Of a DNA stretch of 64,000 nucleotides, positions 33,733 to 43,900 are shown piece after piece. Both the position numbers and the translations under genes were made by a program. How positions within the stretch are numbered: position 1 is the first letter of the stretch; every line of letters begins with the position of its first letter. The stretch is from IMG/VR virus record IMGVR_UViG_3300034061_002899; one strand, given 5' to 3'. The DNA comes from a virus. The notes under the pieces were generated by a model. The model saw nothing but the letters and a program-made list of their open reading frames with translations, was not told where the DNA came from and did not search any database.

Positions 33733-34758
33733 TTATTCCCTCACCTTTTGTTTATTATCTAAAAACCATTTATGTAGTTCGGGATACTTAGATAAAGAAG
33801 ATTGCTCGTACAAATTCATAGCTTCCATTATACATAAATTATCAAATGTTTTTTGGTCAACTGTTTTTGTTGTACCGTCATTAGTATTTAATGTTAATGT
33901 GTTAGTTAATAATGCTAGTTCTAATGTGTTTGGTCTATCTAATGTTGAGAATAATTCTACTAGGTCAGTTGCTTCAGATCCAATCATTCTTACAACTAAT
34001 TCACGTTGAGTAATATCTAGTGTTTTAGTTGTAAATATGTTGGTACCAAATACACTATGTAATGCACCAGCAGAACATACTACATCAGAACATCCATGCT
34101 TTTTTAACAAATCATAAGTTCTTAGTAAATGACTAAATAGGTTGCTACTACCATGTTTAATTTTATCAGCACCAAGATAAATTAAGAATTCTTGTATTTT
34201 ATTACGTAATAGGTCTTGTTCTAAACTAAATTTAAACATTAATGTTATTCTTAGATCCGGGCATATTCTACTAGGTGATTTAGCTACATGCCATTGACTT
34301 CCTGGAAATATTAATGCTTTATTAAATTTTGGTATTTCTGCGTGTGTGATAACATTGTCGTTATAAATCATAGTTTCACCTCCCCATTCGCGGCGCCATG
34401 TTTTATTAAGATATACTACTGCGGTGTAATCACATGTTCTCAATGAATCCGTGTGAGGATACCCTTCTACACCAAAGGTATGTGAGTTAGCATAGCATCT
34501 CAACAATGTAGCATTGTGGAAGTAATTATTTTTTAAATGACTCCATGCTTGTTGTAATTCCGGATGTTTTACTTTATTTTCAACATCCAAACCGTTTGAT
34601 GGCCCGGCTCTTGTGAAATCTTTGTTCCAATGTCCATAGCCCATATTATTATTACTGCGCCAACCGTATTTCCAATCTGAATTAGAAATTAGCAGATTTA
34701 GTTGATCAGCTAATTCAACGGGGAAGCAGTTTTCAATTTGTTGTATATTATTCTCCAT
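33733..34758 (-). CDS. 2OG-Fe(II) oxygenase fused to DUF6817-like domain
   Basis: YPHTD...WGGET...WHVA...R.TLMFK, then HLLRTY.LL...VCSAGALHSVFGT. Confidence 0.75.
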   Translation of the reverse strand: MENNIQQIENCFPVELADQLNLLISNSDWKYGWRSNNNMGYGHWNKDFTRAGPSNGLDVENKVKHPELQQAWSHLKNNYFHNATLLRCYANSHTFGVEGYPHTDSLRTCDYTAVVYLNKTWRREWGGETMIYNDNVITHAEIPKFNKALIFPGSQWHVAKSPSRICPDLRITLMFKFSLEQDLLRNKIQEFLIYLGADKIKHGSSNLFSHLLRTYDLLKKHGCSDVVCSAGALHSVFGTNIFTTKTLDITQRELVVRMIGSEATDLVELFSTLDRPNTLELALLTNTLTLNTNDGTTKTVDQKTFDNLCIMEAMNLYEQSSLSKYPELHKWFLDNKQKVRE

Positions 34759-36220
34759 CACCGCCACCATCTCCGCCGCCATCGCCGCCACCATCACCCC
34801 CGTCTGCGCCATCTGCGCCATCTGCGCCATCTGCGCCATCTGCGCCATCTGCACCGTCGGCGCCATCTGCGCCATCTGCGCCATCTGCACCGCTGTCTGC
34901 TCCACTATCGTTGCCATCGCCACTATCACTGCCGGTGCCATCAGCGGCGCCACTGCCGGCGCTACCATCGTTGCCATCGCCACCTACACCATCACCTATG
35001 CCCGTACCTATACCATCACCTCCACCATTAAATACGCCACCAAACGCAGTAAATTCGGGAGGATCTATTACTGGTATACCTGGAGGTATTACAGTGCCGA
35101 CTGTTGCGGCTACAGCAGGAGAAAGTATAGCATATCCATAGATAGGATAGTATGTTTTACTATTAGTAGGCAATCCAGGTACTGCATTGTATATAGGAAC
35201 TGTTAACGTTAAGAAACTATTAGGAAATAATTTTCTAATATTTAATAAGTCAGCTAATGTTTCAAGCCCTTGAGTTTTGCAATTTAATGAAATTAGTATA
35301 GATTCTAAGTCTACTCCGGATATTATATTAAAGGCTGCATATATTTTTTGTTGTTGTGATTTAGTAACATTTATATTATTAGAAACTTGTTCTACTTCTG
35401 AATTAGTTAAACCACTAGCTAATAATGCTAATACAACTGATTCTGTTAATGCATTGTATGTTTTTAAAGTTTCTAGCAAATTAGATGGAAAACCAAATGT
35501 TCTAATTTTATTTAAATTAATTGCTTTGCCTAATGCAATCAAGTCTTGTCCAAATACGCTAGGTGATAAGCTGATTCCAGTGATATCACCGGTAATCAAA
35601 TCATTCATGTTACTATACGTACCATTTAGAAAATTAAATGAATTCTGCATAGCCATCACACCTTGATTAGTGTAATCAATGAATGAACTTGCCTCTAACC
35701 ATGATCCTACAAAATCTGTATAGTTAGTAACATTTTGTTTATAGTATAATGTATTGTTATAATTAAATTCTTTATATGCTTGTAACGCATATAAACCAAC
35801 AAAGCCGTAACTAGTATTTTTGTCTACGTCAGCTATGTTATCATATGGTGCTACCCAATTTGGACTTAACGGTGGTACATTTTCATCAAAGTATGTATAG
35901 TCTGGTGGTTTAGTATTACCCAATGCAGGTATCGTTGTTTTGCCAATATTAATTAAATTAAAATAAGTAGTATCTGTAATTTGACTAGCATCATACAATG
36001 CCCAACCTGCTTGTATGGCATCAGTTAATTTATTCAATGATGAGATTGAACCATTGGTATAAGTATAGTTGTCATATGGCGGTGTTGTTGGGTAAGGATA
36101 AGTAGTTGTAAACGATCCCATGTAACTAGCGGCTGTGTTATTAATCCAAAAGCCTTTGCCTTGGATTAAACCACTCATAACATTAACGCCTAAGGGACTT
36201 TGTTTTCCTGTATTACTCAT
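34748..36220 (-). CDS. putative virion/baseplate-region protein with Gly-Asp C-terminal tail
   Basis: 490 aa coupled to the PAAR gene; ends (GAD)n-GGDGGGDGE. Confidence 0.6.
   Translation of the reverse strand: MSNTGKQSPLGVNVMSGLIQGKGFWINNTAASYMGSFTTTYPYPTTPPYDNYTYTNGSISSLNKLTDAIQAGWALYDASQITDTTYFNLINIGKTTIPALGNTKPPDYTYFDENVPPLSPNWVAPYDNIADVDKNTSYGFVGLYALQAYKEFNYNNTLYYKQNVTNYTDFVGSWLEASSFIDYTNQGVMAMQNSFNFLNGTYSNMNDLITGDITGISLSPSVFGQDLIALGKAINLNKIRTFGFPSNLLETLKTYNALTESVVLALLASGLTNSEVEQVSNNINVTKSQQQKIYAAFNIISGVDLESILISLNCKTQGLETLADLLNIRKLFPNSFLTLTVPIYNAVPGLPTNSKTYYPIYGYAILSPAVAATVGTVIPPGIPVIDPPEFTAFGGVFNGGGDGIGTGIGDGVGGDGNDGSAGSGAADGTGSDSGDGNDSGADSGADGADGADGADGADGADGADGADGADGADGGDGGGDGGGDGGGDGE
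34803..34892. repeat. 9-bp tandem repeat (TCTGCGCCA)n encoding Gly-Ala-Asp
   Basis: About 10 near-identical units. Confidence 0.9.
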
Positions 36221-36501
36221 GGGACAAACACATCTCCGCTACCCTGAGTAATACTATGACCACATGAATTAGTTGAGCCTATTCTTAGTACTGGACTACC
36301 CTCAGCAAATACAGTAGGACTAGCCGACGTAGTAGTTGCGGCTTTATGCGGAGGGTGAGCTTTTCTAGACCAGGGAGCGTGAGGGGAAATTACACTTACA
36401 TGTAACCCCACAGGTATACCGTTACAGAACACAGTGCCAGCTCCTCGCATAATTGCACCACCTTCTGAATTAGTATCCCCTTTTCTACTCAACCCTGCCA
36501 T
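36217..36501 (-). CDS. PAAR-like spike tip protein
   Basis: LSRKGD...TVFCNGIP...TVFAEGSPVLRIG...CGH.I..GS.DVFV. Confidence 0.8.
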   Translation of the reverse strand: MAGLSRKGDTNSEGGAIMRGAGTVFCNGIPVGLHVSVISPHAPWSRKAHPPHKAATTTSASPTVFAEGSPVLRIGSTNSCGHSITQGSGDVFVP

Positions 36502-36504
36502 ATT

Positions 36505-36810
36505 TTATCCTAGAATTAATTTCTTCTCTGGTACTTGAATACCTGTAGTTGCCTCAATATACTTGACTTTGATACCATCATCAGTTTGTGCAACCATTGC
36601 AATACTATTAGTATTTAGTTTAAATTCTTCCTTCGGATTTGCGGTAAAAACGCTAGGAATCATTTGTAGACCTTGTTGTCCGGGTGCAATAGAAACTGGC
36701 TCTGCTATGACAATAAAGTCTGCCCCTGCTAAAATAACTTTAGCGATGAGTTCTTCACCTGAGTTTAATTTGAATGTGTATACTTCGTTTGATTTTAGTG
36801 CTATTTGCAT
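36505..36810 (-). CDS. hypothetical phage protein (Sm-like fold possible)
   Basis: FKLNSGEELIAK...YIEATTGI. Confidence 0.6.
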   Translation of the reverse strand: MQIALKSNEVYTFKLNSGEELIAKVILAGADFIVIAEPVSIAPGQQGLQMIPSVFTANPKEEFKLNTNSIAMVAQTDDGIKVKYIEATTGIQVPEKKLILG

Positions 36811-37040
36811 TAGATACTTTCTGTTAGTTTTTGTTTAAGTTCGGTGAAACCACCAATTAATACCCCGTCTAATATAATTTGAGGTACTGTACGTGCTGTT
36901 GGGATTGCTTCTAGCAATTCTTCTTTGGTATAACCATCTCCGATCTTACGTTCTTCAAATTGTATACCTTTACTTGTTAATAATGCCTTTGCCTGATCAC
37001 AGTAAGGGCAGTGATATTTACTCCATACGATTGCTTTCAT
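36810..37040 (-). CDS. glutaredoxin
   Basis: CPYC, RTVPQI, IGGFTEL. Confidence 0.9.
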   Translation of the reverse strand: MKAIVWSKYHCPYCDQAKALLTSKGIQFEERKIGDGYTKEELLEAIPTARTVPQIILDGVLIGGFTELKQKLTESI

Positions 37041-37053
37041 TATTATTCTCCTT

Positions 37054-38154
37054 TTAAATAGTCGGTAGTTCATCATAATTAATAATATCAGTCATAACAC
37101 CGATAACATAATTAGTTGATTCATTTTCTTGTAGTGCAGTTTGCTTTTTGCTAGTATCGCTGTGTTTATTGAACCAAGGGATAGGAGTTGTCTTTGGTGC
37201 TGGACTAGTATATCTAATACCAATTTCTTTCAATGCGATATTTGCTGTATAATCTACAAAGTCTTTTAACACCGTAGCGTTTAATCCAATGACTGGACCC
37301 ATTTTAAACAAATAGTCTGCCCAGTCTTTTTCTTCACGTATAACATCCATATAAAGTTGATAGACTTCACTTTCACACTCTGACTTAACTTGTGCAAAAC
37401 GACTATCTTCTTTAACTACTTGATTGATAAGGTAAGCAGTCCAGCCTTTATGTAATAATTCATCTTGGAGAATTAAACTGATAATATTGCCATTACCAAT
37501 AAAGATTTTGTTCTCAACCATTGCCAAACTTGTAGCAAATGATACCATAAAGCGGAATGCTTCTAATGCATAACTAGCATGTAATGCCATATAAATTGCT
37601 TTGATGTGTTCTTTTTCGTTCACATCTTGACCTAACTCTTTGCGACAGTTAACTTTGTGTAGTTCATCATAGTAACGACCAACACTAGATGCCATGTCTA
37701 CAATCTCTTTTGTATCATGTATAGTATTGAATACATCTTTAGGTACATTATAGATGTTACGAATGATGTGACTATAACTGCGACTGTGAATGTTAGTTTC
37801 AAAGAATGACCAGTTATAAATCAATGCTTCTAGTTCAGGCAATGACACTACAGGCGTGAACACTTGACTAGGTGCTCTACCTTGTAAACTATCTAATGCT
37901 GTTTGACGTAATAAGTTACTAGTAAAGATATGTCTTACTGCATCACTGGCTTCTTTGAAGTCATTAGCATCTTTGGTAAGACTAACTTCTTCTGGCACCC
38001 AGAAGAAACCACGTGCCGTTGTTTCAAAGTCTGCAATCTTTTTATATTTTACTTCTTCAAATCGTTGAATGGTTACGGGACCTTCCGGGTCCAAAAACAT
38101 TTTTCTATTCAAATAATCTGTCTTAGTGTTTAAGTTATATTGTTGTTTTGACAT
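37054..38154 (-). CDS. nrdB: class Ia ribonucleotide reductase beta subunit
   Basis: FFWVPEE, ETNIHSRSY, LEAFRF, QDELLH, C-terminal QENESTNY. Confidence 0.95.
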   Translation of the reverse strand: MSKQQYNLNTKTDYLNRKMFLDPEGPVTIQRFEEVKYKKIADFETTARGFFWVPEEVSLTKDANDFKEASDAVRHIFTSNLLRQTALDSLQGRAPSQVFTPVVSLPELEALIYNWSFFETNIHSRSYSHIIRNIYNVPKDVFNTIHDTKEIVDMASSVGRYYDELHKVNCRKELGQDVNEKEHIKAIYMALHASYALEAFRFMVSFATSLAMVENKIFIGNGNIISLILQDELLHKGWTAYLINQVVKEDSRFAQVKSECESEVYQLYMDVIREEKDWADYLFKMGPVIGLNATVLKDFVDYTANIALKEIGIRYTSPAPKTTPIPWFNKHSDTSKKQTALQENESTNYVIGVMTDIINYDELPTI

Positions 38155-38162
38155 TGTTTTCC

Positions 38163-40484
38163 TTACAGCTTACATGACTCACATGATTCTTCGTCATCCA
38201 TATCATTAAAGCCACTTGGCAAATCTAATACAGTTTCATCTTGGCTCTTGCTACCTGCTTTATTAATCAAGCTATAGTAGAAAGTCTTTAAGCCCCAATA
38301 GTGACTTTGCATCAAGTTTTTAGCAATCAATGTTGTTGGGACTTTTCTCTCAGGGAAATGAGCAGGGTTATAGAATGTATTAGTTGAGATACTTTGGTCA
38401 ACATAAGCCGCAATAACTGCCGCTGTCTTTAAGTAACCATCACAATCTTTTTGTTCCCACATCATTTGATATTTGTTTTTCAACTTATGATATTCAGGAA
38501 CAACTTGTACAAACGATCCTGCTTTGCTTTCTTTAACTGAGATTAAACTCATTGGCATTTCGATACCATTCGTAGAGTTAATAACTACACTGCTTGATTC
38601 TACAGGAGCTACAGCCATTTGTGTAGCGTTACGGACACCATAACTACGCATCATAGCACGTAGACCTTCCCAGTTTAGTTCTGGTTCAAAGTTAGCTAAT
38701 TCATTAACACCTTTAGCACGTAGTTCCCAGGGGAATATACCTTGTCCATAACGTGTTTTATCACTATGGGCACAACGACCACGTTCTTGTGCTAGTTCTA
38801 CACTTGCTTCAGTTAGATAGAATGCTAAGTGTTCCATCCAAGATTTTACTTCTTGTAGGGCATCCTTCTCTCCATACTTAAGACTACGTTTTGCATGCCA
38901 GTATGCTAAGTTAGTTACACCAATACCCAATGGACGAATCTCGTCATTACTTAGTTTAGATTGTATGCTTAGAAAGTCTTGATAGTCCAATATATTATTG
39001 AGGCTACGGTGTAGAATGCGACAAGCGCGGCGCATATCTTCAGGATTGCGGAATGCACCCCAGTTAATAGATCCGAGCGTACATAAAGCAATACGACCGT
39101 CAGGATCATCAAGACGTTTAAAAGATTTAGTAGGAAGAAGAATTTCACAGCATAAGTTACTCTGGTAAATTGTATGGTACTCGGGGTCAAACGGACCTTG
39201 ATTCATAACATTGTCTACGAATACCAAATAGATACGACCTGTATCTGTTCTCTCTTTAAGAATACCACCTTTGAATACATCTTCTGCATTCATTGTTTTC
39301 TTGCGTAAGTCTTTACGCTTTTCATATTTCACATATAGTTCTTCAAACAACTCTGTATTTGAATAGAATGCTTCATATAAATCAGGAACTTCATTAGGAT
39401 CAAAGAAGGTTATGTTTTCTTTGTTTTTAAATCGTCTCCAGAAGAAAGCACTAAGCACAACCCCATAATCCATATGACGGACTCGGGTTTCTTCGGTTCC
39501 TTGGTTGTTCTTAAGTACAATAAGATCATCAAACTGATGATGCCAAATAGGGTAAAAAACAGTAGCACTTGCATTACGAATACCTCCTTGACTGCACGAA
39601 CGTAGGTCACCAAACCATTTCTTTAAGAAAGGTATCATGCCTGTATGCATAATCTCACCACCGCGAATCGGTGAGCCCAAAGGACGTAATCGTCCAATCT
39701 CTAAGCCTATGCCAGCACGTTTGCTAGCATATTTAGCCATCATTTCTCCACTAGCAAAAATACTGTCTAAATCATCATCTGAGCGAATGAGAACACAACT
39801 GCTAAACTGCTTAGTAGGAGTGCCAAGCCCAGCGAGGACAGGAGTAGCAAGAGTAAAAAGACCATCACTGGCAGCGTTGTAATACTCTTTGATATAGCGC
39901 ATTCTAGCATTGTTAGGTTCTTCTTTATGAAAGACTGTAGCGGCTGCAACCATGTATCTAATTTGCGGAGTTTCATATATTTCCTTTGTGCTTCTATTCT
40001 TTACTAAGTATTTTTCAATCAATTGCTCAATGGCGGCATAACTATATTGCTCATCTTTAGAATGGTCAAGCATATCATTCATCTTGTTCCAGTCTTCCAT
40101 TGTATACCATTCTAGTAGTTCACTGGTATATAATCCTGTAGCTACATTCTTTTTAACAATCTCGTAGAGATGCGGAACTTCGTATGATCCATATACATCT
40201 TTACGTAACATAGATACACGTTGTTTACCCGCTACAAATTGATAGTTAGTGTGACCAACATCAGGATTATTTTCTACGTCAATTAAATCAACAATTGCTC
40301 GTAATGTTATTCCATCTATCTCTGTAGTTGAGATTCCATCATAGAAGTGTAGTTGACTTTTAATTTCAATCATTGAGGGACTTACATCTGCTATCCCTTT
40401 ACATACTGTTGATACTTGTGCTTGCCATTTTGCCAAATCTAGTGGTTCTTTTTTACCACTACGTTTAGTGACGTTTATAATCAT
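38163..40484 (-). CDS. nrdA: class Ia ribonucleotide reductase alpha subunit with ATP cone
   Basis: VTKRSG, FSSC, SNLCCEI, TFYY, C-terminal CESCKL. Confidence 0.97.
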   Translation of the reverse strand: MIINVTKRSGKKEPLDLAKWQAQVSTVCKGIADVSPSMIEIKSQLHFYDGISTTEIDGITLRAIVDLIDVENNPDVGHTNYQFVAGKQRVSMLRKDVYGSYEVPHLYEIVKKNVATGLYTSELLEWYTMEDWNKMNDMLDHSKDEQYSYAAIEQLIEKYLVKNRSTKEIYETPQIRYMVAAATVFHKEEPNNARMRYIKEYYNAASDGLFTLATPVLAGLGTPTKQFSSCVLIRSDDDLDSIFASGEMMAKYASKRAGIGLEIGRLRPLGSPIRGGEIMHTGMIPFLKKWFGDLRSCSQGGIRNASATVFYPIWHHQFDDLIVLKNNQGTEETRVRHMDYGVVLSAFFWRRFKNKENITFFDPNEVPDLYEAFYSNTELFEELYVKYEKRKDLRKKTMNAEDVFKGGILKERTDTGRIYLVFVDNVMNQGPFDPEYHTIYQSNLCCEILLPTKSFKRLDDPDGRIALCTLGSINWGAFRNPEDMRRACRILHRSLNNILDYQDFLSIQSKLSNDEIRPLGIGVTNLAYWHAKRSLKYGEKDALQEVKSWMEHLAFYLTEASVELAQERGRCAHSDKTRYGQGIFPWELRAKGVNELANFEPELNWEGLRAMMRSYGVRNATQMAVAPVESSSVVINSTNGIEMPMSLISVKESKAGSFVQVVPEYHKLKNKYQMMWEQKDCDGYLKTAAVIAAYVDQSISTNTFYNPAHFPERKVPTTLIAKNLMQSHYWGLKTFYYSLINKAGSKSQDETVLDLPSGFNDMDDEESCESCKL

Positions 40485-40494
40485 ATTTTACCTA

Positions 40495-40932
40495 TTATAT
40501 TTTTGTTGTTATGTTTTTTAAACTTAAACTATCTGTTATCTTAAAATTCTTTAGATTGATATTTACTACCATATTAGGCCAGTAATTCAATACATATTTT
40601 GCGCGGTCAACCATGACTAATGCCACGTCTTCATTATTATCGTCTTTTCCTAAACAAAAGTCAATATCTTTTATACCCGTTAACATAAGTGTATATATCA
40701 TTCCCAAACCTCGTGCAAGATGACAGTATTCGTTGTCATATAATAGTTCCCAGGGCGTTGGCCATGTATCTATTTCATGTGGGTGAAGATAATGGTTAAC
40801 CAATGGTGCGGATTGCCACCACTTGTCTATTTCTAAACATTTGGTTTTGGTATCCGCGTTTTGGAGAGTTTGTCTTAGATCATACCAGCTTCTTAGTCTG
40901 GAATCATAGTTTAATTGAAATACATTAATCAC
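40495..40932 (-). CDS. hypothetical phage protein
   Basis: WPTPWELL...CHLARGLGMIYTL. Confidence 0.6.
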   Translation of the reverse strand: MINVFQLNYDSRLRSWYDLRQTLQNADTKTKCLEIDKWWQSAPLVNHYLHPHEIDTWPTPWELLYDNEYCHLARGLGMIYTLMLTGIKDIDFCLGKDDNNEDVALVMVDRAKYVLNYWPNMVVNINLKNFKITDSLSLKNITTKI

Positions 40933-40972
40933 ACTGTACTTATCATTACAAAAAGTACAGTGTGAAATTGTA

Positions 40973-43900
40973 TTAGAATCGTCCTACAGCTACTTCAACT
41001 ATGCCAGAAGCACCAGTGAAGTTTTCTAGTGACTTACCAATAATAGTACCTGCACGTGCTATGTTATTAGCGGTAGCATATCCATTACCTGTTGATACTA
41101 ATAGATCACCTTTAAAGATTGGGCCAATTACTTTAGCTGGCACACGACCTTGTAGAGCAATAGTAGCAACGTGTTCACCTTCACAACCATTATTCATAGT
41201 ATATGCTGGGTTAGTTGTTACAACACCAGCTACTCTGAATGAATCTGTTTCTGTTGATAATGTAACTTCATGTTCGCCACCAAATACTAAAACTGTTCCT
41301 GGCTCATAATCAGCATCAGCAGTATATTTTTCTGCCAAGTCAGCGTATGTTGCATTCAATCTAGAACCTGCACTCAATGTCCAGTTACCAGTAACCGTAC
41401 CTGCTGTAGTATTTGCACCAGTTGTTAGAGTCGTACCAAAGTGAGTTGCTGTACCTGTACCAATTTGAACTGCGCCGGTCAGTGTACCAGATAATGTTAA
41501 GCCAGTCAATGTACCAACTGATGTGATATTTGGCTGTGCCGCTGTTGTTACAGTACCTGCTGTAGTTGCACTTGCTACTGTTCCAGTTACGCTAACTGTG
41601 ACTCCTCCGGTTGCGCCACTGACTGCAATGTTAGTACCTGCTACAATACTGGTTACGCCTGTATTAGTAATAGTTACAGCAGAACTGCCGTTATAACTTG
41701 TGCCACCAAGACCTGTACCGATTGTAAGTGCATTAGTTGCTGTTGCAGTAATAGTACCAGATCCACCAAGTGAAATTGCCGTACCGTTAACAGTTAATGA
41801 ACTATTAGCAAGTCTTGCTTGTGCTAATGTACCAGAACTGATATTACTTGCGTTCAATGCAGTTAAAGAAGAACCGTTACCAGTGAACACACCTGTATTT
41901 GCAGTAAATGCTGAGGCTGTTACAGTGCCGTTAACACCCAAACCAGTTAGTGTACCAACACTTGTAATGTTAGGTTGAGCCGCTGTAGTAACAGTACCTG
42001 CTGTAGTTGCACTAGTAGCCGCACCTGATAGAGCACCAGTAAATGTTGTAGCAGATACGTTACCTGCGCTGATGTTTCCAGTTACTGCTAAACTTGTTAG
42101 TGTACCTACTGAAGTAATATTAGGTTGTGCCGCAGTAGTTACGGTGCCCGCTGTAGTTGCACTAGTAGCCGCACCACTTAGTGCGCCTGTAAACGTAGTT
42201 GCACTTACATTACCAGCAGATATATTACCTGTAACAGCAAGTGATGTTAATGTACCTACTGATGTAATATTAGGTTGTGCCGCTGTAGTAACAGTACCAG
42301 CAGTAGTTGCCGCACCACTCAATGCACCAGTAAATGTTGTTGCACTTACATTACCTGCACTAATATTGCCTGTTACTGCCAGTGATCCTAGTGTACCAAC
42401 GCTTGTCAAACTAGAAGTAACAACTGTTGATTTTAATGTTGTGCCTGACAAGTTTGCGGCATTTGCAGTGATTGCAACGTTAGCGGCAGCAGTTAGTTGG
42501 CCTTGACCGTTAACAGTAAATGATGCTACTGCATCTCCGTTACCATAACTACCTGCTGACACAGCAGTATTAGTAATACTAAACGCACCACCTGTTAATG
42601 TTAATCCTGTACCAGCAGTGTATTCGCCGGCGCCGCTGAACTGTACCCATTCAATTGGATCTGTACCGATTGTAGTGACCTCGTCAGTTTGAACCCAACC
42701 AGTTGAGTTGTATAATGTGCCGGCAGTAACGAAAGTGAAGTCACCGCCTTGAATCTCAGCACCGGTATCAAAGTCAGTAGCACGGGTTAATACTGTTGAA
42801 CTTGTGCGAACATATATACCATTATTTGCGGCAGTCGCTTCATTCTTAACAAGAATACGCATACCATTTGTTAATGTTACACCGTCAATAGTTGTATATG
42901 AACCTGTTGTTGTCAATGTTGCGCCTACACCTGCTGTACCATTATTATATGTAACAGTACCACCTGAGATACTTGCTAATGTGGTTTGAGTGGCTGCGTT
43001 ACAACTTGCATGTACGTGTAGACCTTGTGCAATATCATCAACATATTGTTTTGTTGCGGCATCAGTTGATGCAATTGGAGTACCAACATTAGAAATAATA
43101 AAGTTACCAACATTAACTTTACCAGTTCCTGTAGGAGTTAAATTGATGTTTTGATTTGTACCAGTTGCAGTAATTGATACACCTGTTGTTCTGCCAACAA
43201 TCAAATCAGTTACTAAGTTAGCATTAGTTACAATATTACCGGTTGCACTTACTAAACCACCGGTAGTCAAGTTACCGCCAGTGATATTACCTGTAGCAGT
43301 AATCAATCCACCTGTACCCAAATTACCTACGTTAGCATTACCTGAAACACTAACACTTGTTAGTGTACCAACTGAAGTAATGTTAGGTTGTGCGGCTGTT
43401 GTTAAACTACCTGCAACTGTTGTAAATATACCTGCGGCTGCTCCGATGTTTCCTACGTTAGCATTACCTGAAACACTAACACTTGTTAGTGTACCAACTG
43501 ATGTAATATTTGGCTGAGCCGCAGTAGTAACAGTACCTGCTGTAGTTGCCGCACCACTCAATGCACCAGTAAATGTTGTAGCAGATACGTTACCAAATGT
43601 ACCATTACCTGTAGCACTTACAATACCTGCTGTAATGACATTACCGGCATTCAAATTACCGGTAGCAGTAATTAAACCAGCTGTGCCTAAATTACCTACA
43701 TTAGCATTACCACTAGAACTTAGTGTAGTTGCAAATACTCCAGTTGCACCAATGTTACCTACATTAGCATTACCTGTAGCAGATATAACACCACCGGTTA
43801 TTAAATTACCACCAGTGATATTACCTGTAGCGGCAATCAATCCACCTGTACCAATATTGCCGATGTTTGCATTACCTGACACTGATACACTAGTTAAAGT

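Noticed and set aside
34738-35141. His/Arg-rich and Pro-rich plus-strand ORFs, and the MAQMAQ N-terminal extension of the oxygenase ORF
   Set aside because: Alternative frames of the 9-bp GAD repeat; the oxygenase most plausibly starts at 34758.
37054-40484. Introns or inteins in nrdA/nrdB (also checked in the capsid gene)
   Set aside because: Frames are continuous and of normal length.
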